Below are positions 38,983-52,842 of a DNA stretch of 64,000 nt, one piece after another. Made by a program: the position numbers and the translations under genes. The first letter of the stretch is position 1, and each line of letters begins with the position of its first letter. Where the stretch lies: positions 1-64,000 of the forward strand of contig JBHGNT010000118.1 of the NCBI GenBank assembly GCA_043228905.1, read 5' to 3'. Source of the DNA: Azolla caroliniana. Its lineage: Eukaryota > Plantae > Polypodiophyta. The notes beneath the pieces were generated by a model that saw only the letters and a program-made list of their open reading frames with translations, made no database searches and had not been told where the DNA came from.

Positions 38983-40450
38983 GCGGATGACTTGAAAGCC
39001 AAAGAGAGATAAAGAATTCAAAGAGAACGACGCGAGAGCTCTTGCTTATTTCTCCATGTTAATCTACTCGAGAAGCCATGGAAACGTTGTAAACAAGGTC
39101 GAGGTTAGCAAATGGAGCGTGAACAACCCGAGCATGAGCACGGCGGGTGGCCTCGTTAAGTAGTATGGATGTTCCTACCTACTCGGCGCACGTCAATGTG
39201 TCTGCCTCGTTCGTTCTTGCTACGGACTTGGAGCGGGAGAACACCCTCTTGTGGGCAACGCGAGAGAGAGGGCGACCTGATTATTCTTGAGCATGGCGAC
39301 ATACCACATTGGCTCGCTAGGAAACCGTCTTCCTCACCTTGGCGCGTCGAGGCCTTGTGTCACCCGTTGGACTCGGGTCGCCGCTTCTATGGTTGCACCG
39401 AACTGGGAAAATGATCGACGATAGTTTCACACCAGTTTCCGTTCCCTTTCGGGAACCCTCAAACGCTATATGGTACGTGCCACAAACCTCGGGAAGCGAC
39501 CCCCCCTCGAAACTAGGTCATACGGCCTCCAGCCCGATGACGTGCGGACGTGGAAGGTTTGTCGACTAGCAAACAACCCGAGCCTTGCAGCATTCCGAGA
39601 ACGTTGTCATTCGTTACAGCGAGGACCTTCCTGTTTCTTCTCCGTTGACGTTGCATTGGAAAGGAAAGGGGAACAAGAGAACGCATTTCAACCGTTTTGT
39701 TTTGATCAGGGGTTGTTGGTGCGCGTCATTTGGCTCACGCTAAATCTCAAAGGCTGCAGCTAGAGTTTTGACGATGTTAAAAGGTGGTTACGTATCCCAC
39801 CGATCTATGGCTTTGTTCGGTAAAACCTGCAAGGCGAGACGATGTTGCCAGGATGTTTGGTCGGGAAGACGAGTCCGCAACCTTGGATGGATTGGTAGAT
39901 GGAGGGTAAATTGCACCAACATTGTCAACGGTAAGTTCTAACGTGTTGCATTGAACGTCGTGCCGTAACGGCTCCCGTCGAAAGCAAAAGAAAGACGTGA
40001 AAGAGAGCATCAAGTCTGATGCGCGGTTGCGGGGAATGTTGCAGCGTGGTTGGAATTCTCAATTGCGGTTTCCGTCCAAGGTGCTCATACGTACAACCGT
40101 AATGCGTGGTCTTCCTCTGCGTTATTCCAGGTGACACGAGTCTCGAGTAAGCGTCGGTCATTCCCAAGAACTTGAACCGCAGATTTGACCAGTAAGCGAG
40201 CAGATACCTATTACATCCGACTTTGACGTGATCGCCAAATGTATTCGGAAGCCCCAAGTAAGGCACCGTCATGGCAGTCACTTCGCAGGCTCATTCCTCT
40301 TAACCTTCCACACGTGCGCGGTTAGCAATCCCTAAAGAACTCCTCGAACGAAGCTCGGGCGGTAACGTCTTGAATAAGGACCCACGCAAGGAGGCGAGGG
40401 AAACAAGATCGTAGCGGTGGTTTTGACGTACAGCTAATTCAACCGCGCGG

Positions 40451-40522
40451 TATCAGAGCGAGGTTTCGATCCTCGGACCTGTGGGTTATGGGCCCACCAC
40501 GCTTCCGCTGCGCCACTCTGAT
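40451..40522 (-). tRNA. tRNA-iMet: Initiator tRNA-Met (CAT), copy 27
   Basis: Same sequence as copy 1. Confidence 0.97.
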
Positions 40523-41990
40523 GCGGATGACTTGAAAGCCAAAGAGAGATAAAGAATTCAAAGAGAACGACGCGAGAGCTCTTGCTTATTTCTCCATGTT
40601 AATCTACTCGAGAAGCCATGGAAACGTTGTAAACAAGGTCGAGGTTAGCAAATGGAGCGTGAACAACCCGAGCATGAGCACGGCGGGTGGCCTCGTTAAG
40701 TAGTATGGATGTTCCTACCTACTCGGCGCACGTCAATGTGTCTGCCTCGTTCGTTCTTGCTACGGACTTGGAGCGGGAGAACACCCTCTTGTGGGCAACG
40801 CGAGAGAGAGGGCGACCTGATTATTCTTGAGCATGGCGACATACCACATTGGCTCGCTAGGAAACCGTCTTCCTCACCTTGGCGCGTCGAGGCCTTGTGT
40901 CACCCGTTGGACTCGGGTCGCCGCTTCTATGGTTGCACCGAACTGGGAAAATGATCGACGATAGTTTCACACCAGTTTCCGTTCCCTTTCGGGAACCCTC
41001 AAACGCTATATGGTACGTGCCACAAACCTCGGGAAGCGACCCCCCCTCGAAACTAGGTCATACGGCCTCCAGCCCGATGACGTGCGGACGTGGAAGGTTT
41101 GTCGACTAGCAAACAACCCGAGCCTTGCAGCATTCCGAGAACGTTGTCATTCGTTACAGCGAGGACCTTCCTGTTTCTTCTCCGTTGACGTTGCATTGGA
41201 AAGGAAAGGGGAACAAGAGAACGCATTTCAACCGTTTTGTTTTGATCAGGGGTTGTTGGTGCGCGTCATTTGGCTCACGCTAAATCTCAAAGGCTGCAGC
41301 TAGAGTTTTGACGATGTTAAAAGGTGGTTACGTATCCCACCGATCTATGGCTTTGTTCGGTAAAACCTGCAAGGCGAGACGATGTTGCCAGGATGTTTGG
41401 TCGGGAAGACGAGTCCGCAACCTTGGATGGATTGGTAGATGGAGGGTAAATTGCACCAACATTGTCAACGGTAAGTTCTAACGTGTTGCATTGAACGTCG
41501 TGCCGTAACGGCTCCCGTCGAAAGCAAAAGAAAGACGTGAAAGAGAGCATCAAGTCTGATGCGCGGTTGCGGGGAATGTTGCAGCGTGGTTGGAATTCTC
41601 AATTGCGGTTTCCGTCCAAGGTGCTCATACGTACAACCGTAATGCGTGGTCTTCCTCTGCGTTATTCCAGGTGACACGAGTCTCGAGTAAGCGTCGGTCA
41701 TTCCCAAGAACTTGAACCGCAGATTTGACCAGTAAGCGAGCAGATACCTATTACATCCGACTTTGACGTGATCGCCAAATGTATTCGGAAGCCCCAAGTA
41801 AGGCACCGTCATGGCAGTCACTTCGCAGGCTCATTCCTCTTAACCTTCCACACGTGCGCGGTTAGCAATCCCTAAAGAACTCCTCGAACGAAGCTCGGGC
41901 GGTAACGTCTTGAATAAGGACCCACGCAAGGAGGCGAGGGAAACAAGATCGTAGCGGTGGTTTTGACGTACAGCTAATTCAACCGCGCGG

Positions 41991-42062
41991 TATCAGAGCG
42001 AGGTTTCGATCCTCGGACCTGTGGGTTATGGGCCCACCACGCTTCCGCTGCGCCACTCTGAT
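41991..42062 (-). tRNA. tRNA-iMet: Initiator tRNA-Met (CAT), copy 28
   Basis: Same sequence as copy 1. Confidence 0.97.
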
Positions 42063-43530
42063 GCGGATGACTTGAAAGCCAAAGAGAGATAAAGAATTCA
42101 AAGAGAACGACGCGAGAGCTCTTGCTTATTTCTCCATGTTAATCTACTCGAGAAGCCATGGAAACGTTGTAAACAAGGTCGAGGTTAGCAAATGGAGCGT
42201 GAACAACCCGAGCATGAGCACGGCGGGTGGCCTCGTTAAGTAGTATGGATGTTCCTACCTACTCGGCGCACGTCAATGTGTCTGCCTCGTTCGTTCTTGC
42301 TACGGACTTGGAGCGGGAGAACACCCTCTTGTGGGCAACGCGAGAGAGAGGGCGACCTGATTATTCTTGAGCATGGCGACATACCACATTGGCTCGCTAG
42401 GAAACCGTCTTCCTCACCTTGGCGCGTCGAGGCCTTGTGTCACCCGTTGGACTCGGGTCGCCGCTTCTATGGTTGCACCGAACTGGGAAAATGATCGACG
42501 ATAGTTTCACACCAGTTTCCGTTCCCTTTCGGGAACCCTCAAACGCTATATGGTACGTGCCACAAACCTCGGGAAGCGACCCCCCCTCGAAACTAGGTCA
42601 TACGGCCTCCAGCCCGATGACGTGCGGACGTGGAAGGTTTGTCGACTAGCAAACAACCCGAGCCTTGCAGCATTCCGAGAACGTTGTCATTCGTTACAGC
42701 GAGGACCTTCCTGTTTCTTCTCCGTTGACGTTGCATTGGAAAGGAAAGGGGAACAAGAGAACGCATTTCAACCGTTTTGTTTTGATCAGGGGTTGTTGGT
42801 GCGCGTCATTTGGCTCACGCTAAATCTCAAAGGCTGCAGCTAGAGTTTTGACGATGTTAAAAGGTGGTTACGTATCCCACCGATCTATGGCTTTGTTCGG
42901 TAAAACCTGCAAGGCGAGACGATGTTGCCAGGATGTTTGGTCGGGAAGACGAGTCCACAACCTTGGATGGATTGGTAGATGGAGGGTAAATTGCACCAAC
43001 ATTGTCAACGGTAAGTTCTAACGTGTTGCATTGAACGCCGTGCCGTAACGGCTCCCGTCGAAAGCAAAAGAAAGACGTGAAAGAGAGCATCAAGTCTGAT
43101 GCGCGGTTGCGGGGAATGTTGCAGCGTGGTTGGAATTCTCAATTGCGGTTTCCGTCCAAGGTGCTCATACGTACAACCGTAATGCGTGGTCTTCCTCTGC
43201 GTTATTCCAGGTGACACGAGTCTCGAGTAAGCGTCGGTCATTCCCAAGAACTTGAACCGCAGATTTGACCAGTAAGCGAGCAGATACCTATTACATCCGA
43301 CTTTGACGTGATCGCCAAATGTATTCGGAAGCCCCAAGTAAGGCACCGTCATGGCAGTCACTTCGCAGGCTCATTCCTCTTAACCTTCCACACGTGCGCG
43401 GTTAGCAATCCCTAAAGAACTCCTCGAACGAAGCTCGGGCGGTAACGTCTTGAATAAGGACCCACGCAAGGAGGCGAGGGAAACAAGATCGTAGCGGTGG
43501 TTTTGACGTACAGCTAATTCAACCGCGCGG

Positions 43531-43602
43531 TATCAGAGCGAGGTTTCGATCCTCGGACCTGTGGGTTATGGGCCCACCACGCTTCCGCTGCGCCACTCTG
43601 AT
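43531..43602 (-). tRNA. tRNA-iMet: Initiator tRNA-Met (CAT), copy 29
   Basis: Same sequence as copy 1. Confidence 0.97.
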
Positions 43603-45070
43603 GCGGATGACTTGAAAGCCAAAGAGAGATAAAGAATTCAAAGAGAACGACGCGAGAGCTCTTGCTTATTTCTCCATGTTAATCTACTCGAGAAGCCATG
43701 GAAACGTTGTAAACAAGGTCGAGGTTAGCAAATGGAGCGTGAACAACCCGAGCATGAGCACGGCGGGTGGCCTCGTTAAGTAGTATGGATGTTCCTACCT
43801 ACTCGGCGCACGTCAATGTGTCTGCCTCGTTCGTTCTTGCTACGGACTTGGAGCGGGAGAACACCCTCTTGTGGGCAACGCGAGAGAGAGGGCGACCTGA
43901 TTATTCTTGAGCATGGCGACATACCACATTGGCTCGCTAGGAAACCGTCTTCCTCACCTTGGCGCGTCGAGGCCTTGTGTCACCCGTTGGACTCGGGTCG
44001 CCGCTTCTATGGTTGCACCGAACTGGGAAAATGATCGACGATAGTTTCACACCAGTTTCCGTTCCCTTTCGGGAACCCTCAAACGCTATATGGTACGTGC
44101 CACAAACCTCGGGAAGCGACCCCCCCTCGAAACTAGGTCATACGGCCTCCAGCCCGATGACGTGCGGACGTGGAAGGTTTGTCGACTAGCAAACAACCCG
44201 AGCCTTGCAGCATTCCGAGAACGTTGTCATTCGTTACAGCGAGGACCTTCCTGTTTCTTCTCCGTTGACGTTGCATTGGAAAGGAAAGGGGAACAAGAGA
44301 ACGCATTTCAACCGTTTTGTTTTGATCAGGGGTTGTTGGTGCGCGTCATTTGGCTCACGCTAAATCTCAAAGGCTGCAGCTAGAGTTTTGACGATGTTAA
44401 AAGGTGGTTACGTATCCCACCGATCTATGGCTTTGTTCGGTAAAACCTGCAAGGCGAGACGATGTTGCCAGGATGTTTGGTCGGGAAGACGAGTCCGCAA
44501 CCTTGGATGGATTGGTAGATGGAGGGTAAATTGCACCAACATTGTCAACGGTAAGTTCTAACGTGTTGCATTGAACGCCGTGCCGTAACGGCTCCCGTCG
44601 AAAGCAAAAGAAAGACGTGAAAGAGAGCATCAAGTCTGATGCGCGGTTGCGGGGAATGTTGCAGCGTGGTTGGAATTCTCAATTGCGGTTTCCGTCCAAG
44701 GTGCTCATACGTACAACCGTAATGCGTGGTCTTCCTCTGCGTTATTCCAGGTGACACGAGTCTCGAGTAAGCGTCGGTCATTCCCAAGAACTTGAACCGC
44801 AGATTTGACCAGTAAGCGAGCAGATACCTATTACATCCGACTTTGACGTGATCGCCAAATGTATTCGGAAGCCCCAAGTAAGGCACCGTCATGGCAGTCA
44901 CTTCGCAGGCTCATTCCTCTTAACCTTCCACACGTGCGCGGTTAGCAATCCCTAAAGAACTCCTCGAACGAAGCTCGGGCGGTAACGTCTTGAATAAGGA
45001 CCCACGCAAGGAGGCGAGGGAAACAAGATCGTAGCGGTGGTTTTGACGTACAGCTAATTCAACCGCGCGG

Positions 45071-45142
45071 TATCAGAGCGAGGTTTCGATCCTCGGACCT
45101 GTGGGTTATGGGCCCACCACGCTTCCGCTGCGCCACTCTGAT
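45071..45142 (-). tRNA. tRNA-iMet: Initiator tRNA-Met (CAT), copy 30
   Basis: Same sequence as copy 1. Confidence 0.97.
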
Positions 45143-46610
45143 GCGGATGACTTGAAAGCCAAAGAGAGATAAAGAATTCAAAGAGAACGACGCGAGAGCT
45201 CTTGCTTATTTCTCCATGTTAATCTACTCGAGAAGCCATGGAAACGTTGTAAACAAGGTCGAGGTTAGCAAATGGAGCGTGAACAACCCGAGCATGAGCA
45301 CGGCGGGTGGCCTCGTTAAGTAGTATGGATGTTCCTACCTACTCGGCGCACGTCAATGTGTCTGCCTCGTTCGTTCTTGCTACGGACTTGGAGCGGGAGA
45401 ACACCCTCTTGTGGGCAACGCGAGAGAGAGGGCGACCTGATTATTCTTGAGCATGGCGACATACCACATTGGCTCGCTAGGAAACCGTCTTCCTCACCTT
45501 GGCGCGTCGAGGCCTTGTGTCACCCGTTGGACTCGGGTCGCCGCTTCTATGGTTGCACCGAACTGGGAAAATGATCGACGATAGTTTCACACCAGTTTCC
45601 GTTCCCTTTCGGGAACCCTCAAACGCTATATGGTACGTGCCACAAACCTCGGGAAGCGACCCCCCCTCGAAACTAGGTCATACGGCCTCCAGCCCGATGA
45701 CGTGCGGACGTGGAAGGTTTGTCGACTAGCAAACAACCCGAGCCTTGCAGCATTCCGAGAACGTTGTCATTCGTTACAGCGAGGACCTTCCTGTTTCTTC
45801 TCCGTTGACGTTGCATTGGAAAGGAAAGGGGAACAAGAGAACGCATTTCAACCGTTTTGTTTTGATCAGGGGTTGTTGGTGCGCGTCATTTGGCTCACGC
45901 TAAATCTCAAAGGCTGCAGCTAGAGTTTTGACGATGTTAAAAGGTGGTTACGTATCCCACCGATCTATGGCTTTGTTCGGTAAAACCTGCAAGGCGAGAC
46001 GATGTTGCCAGGATGTTTGGTCGGGAAGACGAGTCCGCAACCTTGGATGGATTGGTAGATGGAGGGTAAATTGCACCAACATTGTCAACGGTAAGTTCTA
46101 ACGTGTTGCATTGAACGCCGTGCCGTAACGGCTCCCGTCGAAAGCAAAAGAAAGACGTGAAAGAGAGCATCAAGTCTGATGCGCGGTTGCGGGGAATGTT
46201 GCAGCGTGGTTGGAATTCTCAATTGCGGTTTCCGTCCAAGGTGCTCATACGTACAACCGTAATGCGTGGTCTTCCTCTGCGTTATTCCAGGTGACACGAG
46301 TCTCGAGTAAGCGTCGGTCATTCCCAAGAACTTGAACCGCAGATTTGACCAGTAAGCGAGCAGATACCTATTACATCCGACTTTGACGTGATCGCCAAAT
46401 GTATTCGGAAGCCCCAAGTAAGGCACCGTCATGGCAGTCACTTCGCAGGCTCATTCCTCTTAACCTTCCACACGTGCGCGGTTAGCAATCCCTAAAGAAC
46501 TCCTCGAACGAAGCTCGGGCGGTAACGTCTTGAATAAGGACCCACGCAAGGAGGCGAGGGAAACAAGATCGTAGCGGTGGTTTTGACGTACAGCTAATTC
46601 AACCGCGCGG

Positions 46611-46682
46611 TATCAGAGCGAGGTTTCGATCCTCGGACCTGTGGGTTATGGGCCCACCACGCTTCCGCTGCGCCACTCTGAT
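46611..46682 (-). tRNA. tRNA-iMet: Initiator tRNA-Met (CAT), copy 31
   Basis: Same sequence as copy 1. Confidence 0.97.
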
Positions 46683-48150
46683 GCGGATGACTTGAAAGCC
46701 AAAGAGAGATAAAGAATTCAAAGAGAACGACGCGAGAGCTCTTGCTTATTTCTCCATGTTAATCTACTCGAGAAGCCATGGAAACGTTGTAAACAAGGTC
46801 GAGGTTAGCAAATGGAGCGTGAACAACCCGAGCATGAGCACGGCGGGTGGCCTCGTTAAGTAGTATGGATGTTCCTACCTACTCGGCGCACGTCAATGTG
46901 TCTGCCTCGTTCGTTCTTGCTACGGACTTGGAGCGGGAGAACACCCTCTTGTGGGCAACGCGAGAGAGAGGGCGACCTGATTATTCTTGAGCATGGCGAC
47001 ATACCACATTGGCTCGCTAGGAAACCGTCTTCCTCACCTTGGCGCGTCGAGGCCTTGTGTCACCCGTTGGACTCGGGTCGCCGCTTCTATGGTTGCACCG
47101 AACTGGGAAAATGATCGACGATAGTTTCACACCAGTTTCCGTTCCCTTTCGGGAACCCTCAAACGCTATATGGTACGTGCCACAAACCTCGGGAAGCGAC
47201 CCCCCCTCGAAACTAGGTCATACGGCCTCCAGCCCGATGACGTGCGGACGTGGAAGGTTTGTCGACTAGCAAACAACCCGAGCCTTGCAGCATTCCGAGA
47301 ACGTTGTCATTCGTTACAGCGAGGACCTTCCTGTTTCTTCTCCGTTGACGTTGCATTGGAAAGGAAAGGGGAACAAGAGAACGCATTTCAACCGTTTTGT
47401 TTTGATCAGGGGTTGTTGGTGCGCGTCATTTGGCTCACGCTAAATCTCAAAGGCTGCAGCTAGAGTTTTGACGATGTTAAAAGGTGGTTACGTATCCCAC
47501 CGATCTATGGCTTTGTTCGGTAAAACCTGCAAGGCGAGACGATGTTGCCAGGATGTTTGGTCGGGAAGACGAGTCCGCAACCTTGGATGGATTGGTAGAT
47601 GGAGGGTAAATTGCACCAACATTGTCAACGGTAAGTTCTAACGTGTTGCATTGAACGTCGTGCCGTAACGGCTCCCGTCGAAAGCAAAAGAAAGACGTGA
47701 AAGAGAGCATCAAGTCTGATGCGCGGTTGCGGGGAATGTTGCAGCGTGGTTGGAATTCTCAATTGCGGTTTCCGTCCAAGGTGCTCATACGTACAACCGT
47801 AATGCGTGGTCTTCCTCTGCGTTATTCCAGGTGACACGAGTCTCGAGTAAGCGTCGGTCATTCCCAAGAACTTGAACCGCAGATTTGACCAGTAAGCGAG
47901 CAGATACCTATTACATCCGACTTTGACGTGATCGCCAAATGTATTCGGAAGCCCCAAGTAAGGCACCGTCATGGCAGTCACTTCGCAGGCTCATTCCTCT
48001 TAACCTTCCACACGTGCGCGGTTAGCAATCCCTAAAGAACTCCTCGAACGAAGCTCGGGCGGTAACGTCTTGAATAAGGACCCACGCAAGGAGGCGAGGG
48101 AAACAAGATCGTAGCGGTGGTTTTGACGTACAGCTAATTCAACCGCGCGG

Positions 48151-48222
48151 TATCAGAGCGAGGTTTCGATCCTCGGACCTGTGGGTTATGGGCCCACCAC
48201 GCTTCCGCTGCGCCACTCTGAT
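48151..48222 (-). tRNA. tRNA-iMet: Initiator tRNA-Met (CAT), copy 32
   Basis: Same sequence as copy 1. Confidence 0.97.
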
Positions 48223-49690
48223 GCGGATGACTTGAAAGCCAAAGAGAGATAAAGAATTCAAAGAGAACGACGCGAGAGCTCTTGCTTATTTCTCCATGTT
48301 AATCTACTCGAGAAGCCATGGAAACGTTGTAAACAAGGTCGAGGTTAGCAAATGGAGCGTGAACAACCCGAGCATGAGCACGGCGGGTGGCCTCGTTAAG
48401 TAGTATGGATGTTCCTACCTACTCGGCGCACGTCAATGTGTCTGCCTCGTTCGTTCTTGCTACGGACTTGGAGCGGGAGAACACCCTCTTGTGGGCAACG
48501 CGAGAGAGAGGGCGACCTGATTATTCTTGAGCATGGCGACATACCACATTGGCTCGCTAGGAAACCGTCTTCCTCACCTTGGCGCGTCGAGGCCTTGTGT
48601 CACCCGTTGGACTCGGGTCGCCGCTTCTATGGTTGCACCGAACTGGGAAAATGATCGACGATAGTTTCACACCAGTTTCCGTTCCCTTTCGGGAACCCTC
48701 AAACGCTATATGGTACGTGCCACAAACCTCGGGAAGCGACCCCCCCTCGAAACTAGGTCATACGGCCTCCAGCCCGATGACGTGCGGACGTGGAAGGTTT
48801 GTCGACTAGCAAACAACCCGAGCCTTGCAGCATTCCGAGAACGTTGTCATTCGTTACAGCGAGGACCTTCCTGTTTCTTCTCCGTTGACGTTGCATTGGA
48901 AAGGAAAGGGGAACAAGAGAACGCATTTCAACCGTTTTGTTTTGATCAGGGGTTGTTGGTGCGCGTCATTTGGCTCACGCTAAATCTCAAAGGCTGCAGC
49001 TAGAGTTTTGACGATGTTAAAAGGTGGTTACGTATCCCACCGATCTATGGCTTTGTTCGGTAAAACCTGCAAGGCGAGACGATGTTGCCAGGATGTTTGG
49101 TCGGGAAGACGAGTCCGCAACCTTGGATGGATTGGTAGATGGAGGGTAAATTGCACCAACATTGTCAACGGTAAGTTCTAACGTGTTGCATTGAACGTCG
49201 TGCCGTAACGGCTCCCGTCGAAAGCAAAAGAAAGACGTGAAAGAGAGCATCAAGTCTGATGCGCGGTTGCGGGGAATGTTGCAGCGTGGTTGGAATTCTC
49301 AATTGCGGTTTCCGTCCAAGGTGCTCATACGTACAACCGTAATGCGTGGTCTTCCTCTGCGTTATTCCAGGTGACACGAGTCTCGAGTAAGCGTCGGTCA
49401 TTCCCAAGAACTTGAACCGCAGATTTGACCAGTAAGCGAGCAGATACCTATTACATCCGACTTTGACGTGATCGCCAAATGTATTCGGAAGCCCCAAGTA
49501 AGGCACCGTCATGGCAGTCACTTCGCAGGCTCATTCCTCTTAACCTTCCACACGTGCGCGGTTAGCAATCCCTAAAGAACTCCTCGAACGAAGCTCGGGC
49601 GGTAACGTCTTGAATAAGGACCCACGCAAGGAGGCGAGGGAAACAAGATCGTAGCGGTGGTTTTGACGTACAGCTAATTCAACCGCGCGG

Positions 49691-49762
49691 TATCAGAGCG
49701 AGGTTTCGATCCTCGGACCTGTGGGTTATGGGCCCACCACGCTTCCGCTGCGCCACTCTGAT
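49691..49762 (-). tRNA. tRNA-iMet: Initiator tRNA-Met (CAT), copy 33
   Basis: Same sequence as copy 1. Confidence 0.97.
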
Positions 49763-51230
49763 GCGGATGACTTGAAAGCCAAAGAGAGATAAAGAATTCA
49801 AAGAGAACGACGCGAGAGCTCTTGCTTATTTCTCCATGTTAATCTACTCGAGAAGCCATGGAAACGTTGTAAACAAGGTCGAGGTTAGCAAATGGAGCGT
49901 GAACAACCCGAGCATGAGCACGGCGGGTGGCCTCGTTAAGTAGTATGGATGTTCCTACCTACTCGGCGCACGTCAATGTGTCTGCCTCGTTCGTTCTTGC
50001 TACGGACTTGGAGCGGGAGAACACCCTCTTGTGGGCAACGCGAGAGAGAGGGCGACCTGATTATTCTTGAGCATGGCGACATACCACATTGGCTCGCTAG
50101 GAAACCGTCTTCCTCACCTTGGCGCGTCGAGGCCTTGTGTCACCCGTTGGACTCGGGTCGCCGCTTCTATGGTTGCACCGAACTGGGAAAATGATCGACG
50201 ATAGTTTCACACCAGTTTCCGTTCCCTTTCGGGAACCCTCAAACGCTATATGGTACGTGCCACAAACCTCGGGAAGCGACCCCCCCTCGAAACTAGGTCA
50301 TACGGCCTCCAGCCCGATGACGTGCGGACGTGGAAGGTTTGTCGACTAGCAAACAACCCGAGCCTTGCAGCATTCCGAGAACGTTGTCATTCGTTACAGC
50401 GAGGACCTTCCTGTTTCTTCTCCGTTGACGTTGCATTGGAAAGGAAAGGGGAACAAGAGAACGCATTTCAACCGTTTTGTTTTGATCAGGGGTTGTTGGT
50501 GCGCGTCATTTGGCTCACGCTAAATCTCAAAGGCTGCAGCTAGAGTTTTGACGATGTTAAAAGGTGGTTACGTATCCCACCGATCTATGGCTTTGTTCGG
50601 TAAAACCTGCAAGGCGAGACGATGTTGCCAGGATGTTTGGTCGGGAAGACGAGTCCGCAACCTTGGATGGATTGGTAGATGGAGGGTAAATTGCACCAAC
50701 ATTGTCAACGGTAAGTTCTAACGTGTTGCATTGAACGTCGTGCCGTAACGGCTCCCGTCGAAAGCAAAAGAAAGACGTGAAAGAGAGCATCAAGTCTGAT
50801 GCGCGGTTGCGGGGAATGTTGCAGCGTGGTTGGAATTCTCAATTGCGGTTTCCGTCCAAGGTGCTCATACGTACAACCGTAATGCGTGGTCTTCCTCTGC
50901 GTTATTCCAGGTGACACGAGTCTCGAGTAAGCGTCGGTCATTCCCAAGAACTTGAACCGCAGATTTGACCAGTAAGCGAGCAGATACCTATTACATCCGA
51001 CTTTGACGTGATCGCCAAATGTATTCGGAAGCCCCAAGTAAGGCACCGTCATGGCAGTCACTTCGCAGGCTCATTCCTCTTAACCTTCCACACGTGCGCG
51101 GTTAGCAATCCCTAAAGAACTCCTCGAACGAAGCTCGGGCGGTAACGTCTTGAATAAGGACCCACGCAAGGAGGCGAGGGAAACAAGATCGTAGCGGTGG
51201 TTTTGACGTACAGCTAATTCAACCGCGCGG

Positions 51231-51302
51231 TATCAGAGCAAGGTTTCGATCCTCGGACCTGTGGGTTATGGGCCCACCACGCTTCCGCTGCGCCACTCTG
51301 AT
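51231..51302 (-). tRNA. tRNA-iMet: Initiator tRNA-Met (CAT), copy 34, C64U variant
   Basis: As copy 1 except g>a at 51240 (tatcagagca), which turns G50-C64 into a G50-U64 wobble. Confidence 0.95.
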
Positions 51303-52770
51303 GCGGATGACTTGAAAGCCAAAGAGAGATAAAGAATTCAAAGAGAACGACGCGAGAGCTCTTGCTTATTTCTCCATGTTAATCTACTCGAGAAGCCATG
51401 GAAACGTTGTAAACAAGGTCGAGGTTAGCAAATGGAGCGTGAACAACCCGAGCATGAGCACGGCGGGTGGCCTCGTTAAGTAGTATGGATGTTCCTACCT
51501 ACTCGGCGCACGTCAATGTGTCTGCCTCGTTCGTTCTTGCTACGGACTTGGAGCGGGAGAACACCCTCTTGTGGGCAACGCGAGAGAGAGGGCGACCTGA
51601 TTATTCTTGAGCATGGCGACATACCACATTGGCTCGCTAGGAAACCGTCTTCCTCACCTTGGCGCGTCGAGGCCTTGTGTCACCCGTTGGACTCGGGTCG
51701 CCGCTTCTATGGTTGCACCGAACTGGGAAAATGATCGACGATAGTTTCACACCAGTTTCCGTTCCCTTTCGGGAACCCTCAAACGCTATATGGTACGTGC
51801 CACAAACCTCGGGAAGCGACCCCCCCTCGAAACTAGGTCATACGGCCTCCAGCCCGATGACGTGCGGACGTGGAAGGTTTGTCGACTAGCAAACAACCCG
51901 AGCCTTGCAGCATTCCGAGAACGTTGTCATTCGTTACAGCGAGGACCTTCCTGTTTCTTCTCCGTTGACGTTGCATTGGAAAGGAAAGGGGAACAAGAGA
52001 ACGCATTTCAACCGTTTTGTTTTGATCAGGGGTTGTTGGTGCGCGTCATTTGGCTCACGCTAAATCTCAAAGGCTGCAGCTAGAGTTTTGACGATGTTAA
52101 AAGGTGGTTACGTATCCCACCGATCTATGGCTTTGTTCGGTAAAACCTGCAAGGCGAGACGATGTTGCCAGGATGTTTGGTCGGGAAGACGAGTCCGCAA
52201 CCTTGGATGGATTGGTAGATGGAGGGTAAATTGCACCAACATTGTCAACGGTAAGTTCTAACGTGTTGCATTGAACGTCGTGCCGTAACGGCTCCCGTCG
52301 AAAGCAAAAGAAAGACGTGAAAGAGAGCATCAAGTCTGATGCGCGGTTGCGGGGAATGTTGCAGCGTGGTTGGAATTCTCAATTGCGGTTTCCGTCCAAG
52401 GTGCTCATACGTACAACCGTAATGCGTGGTCTTCCTCTGCGTTATTCCAGGTGACACGAGTCTCGAGTAAGCGTCGGTCATTCCCAAGAACTTGAACCGC
52501 AGATTTGACCAGTAAGCGAGCAGATACCTATTACATCCGACTTTGACGTGATCGCCAAATGTATTCGGAAGCCCCAAGTAAGGCACCGTCATGGCAGTCA
52601 CTTCGCAGGCTCATTCCTCTTAACCTTCCACACGTGCGCGGTTAGCAATCCCTAAAGAACTCCTCGAACGAAGCTCGGGCGGTAACGTCTTGAATAAGGA
52701 CCCACGCAAGGAGGCGAGGGAAACAAGATCGTAGCGGTGGTTTTGACGTACAGCTAATTCAACCGCGCGG

Positions 52771-52842
52771 TATCAGAGCGAGGTTTCGATCCTCGGACCT
52801 GTGGGTTATGGGCCCACCACGCTTCCGCTGCGCCACTCTGAT
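52771..52842 (-). tRNA. tRNA-iMet: Initiator tRNA-Met (CAT), copy 35
   Basis: Same sequence as copy 1. Confidence 0.97.
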
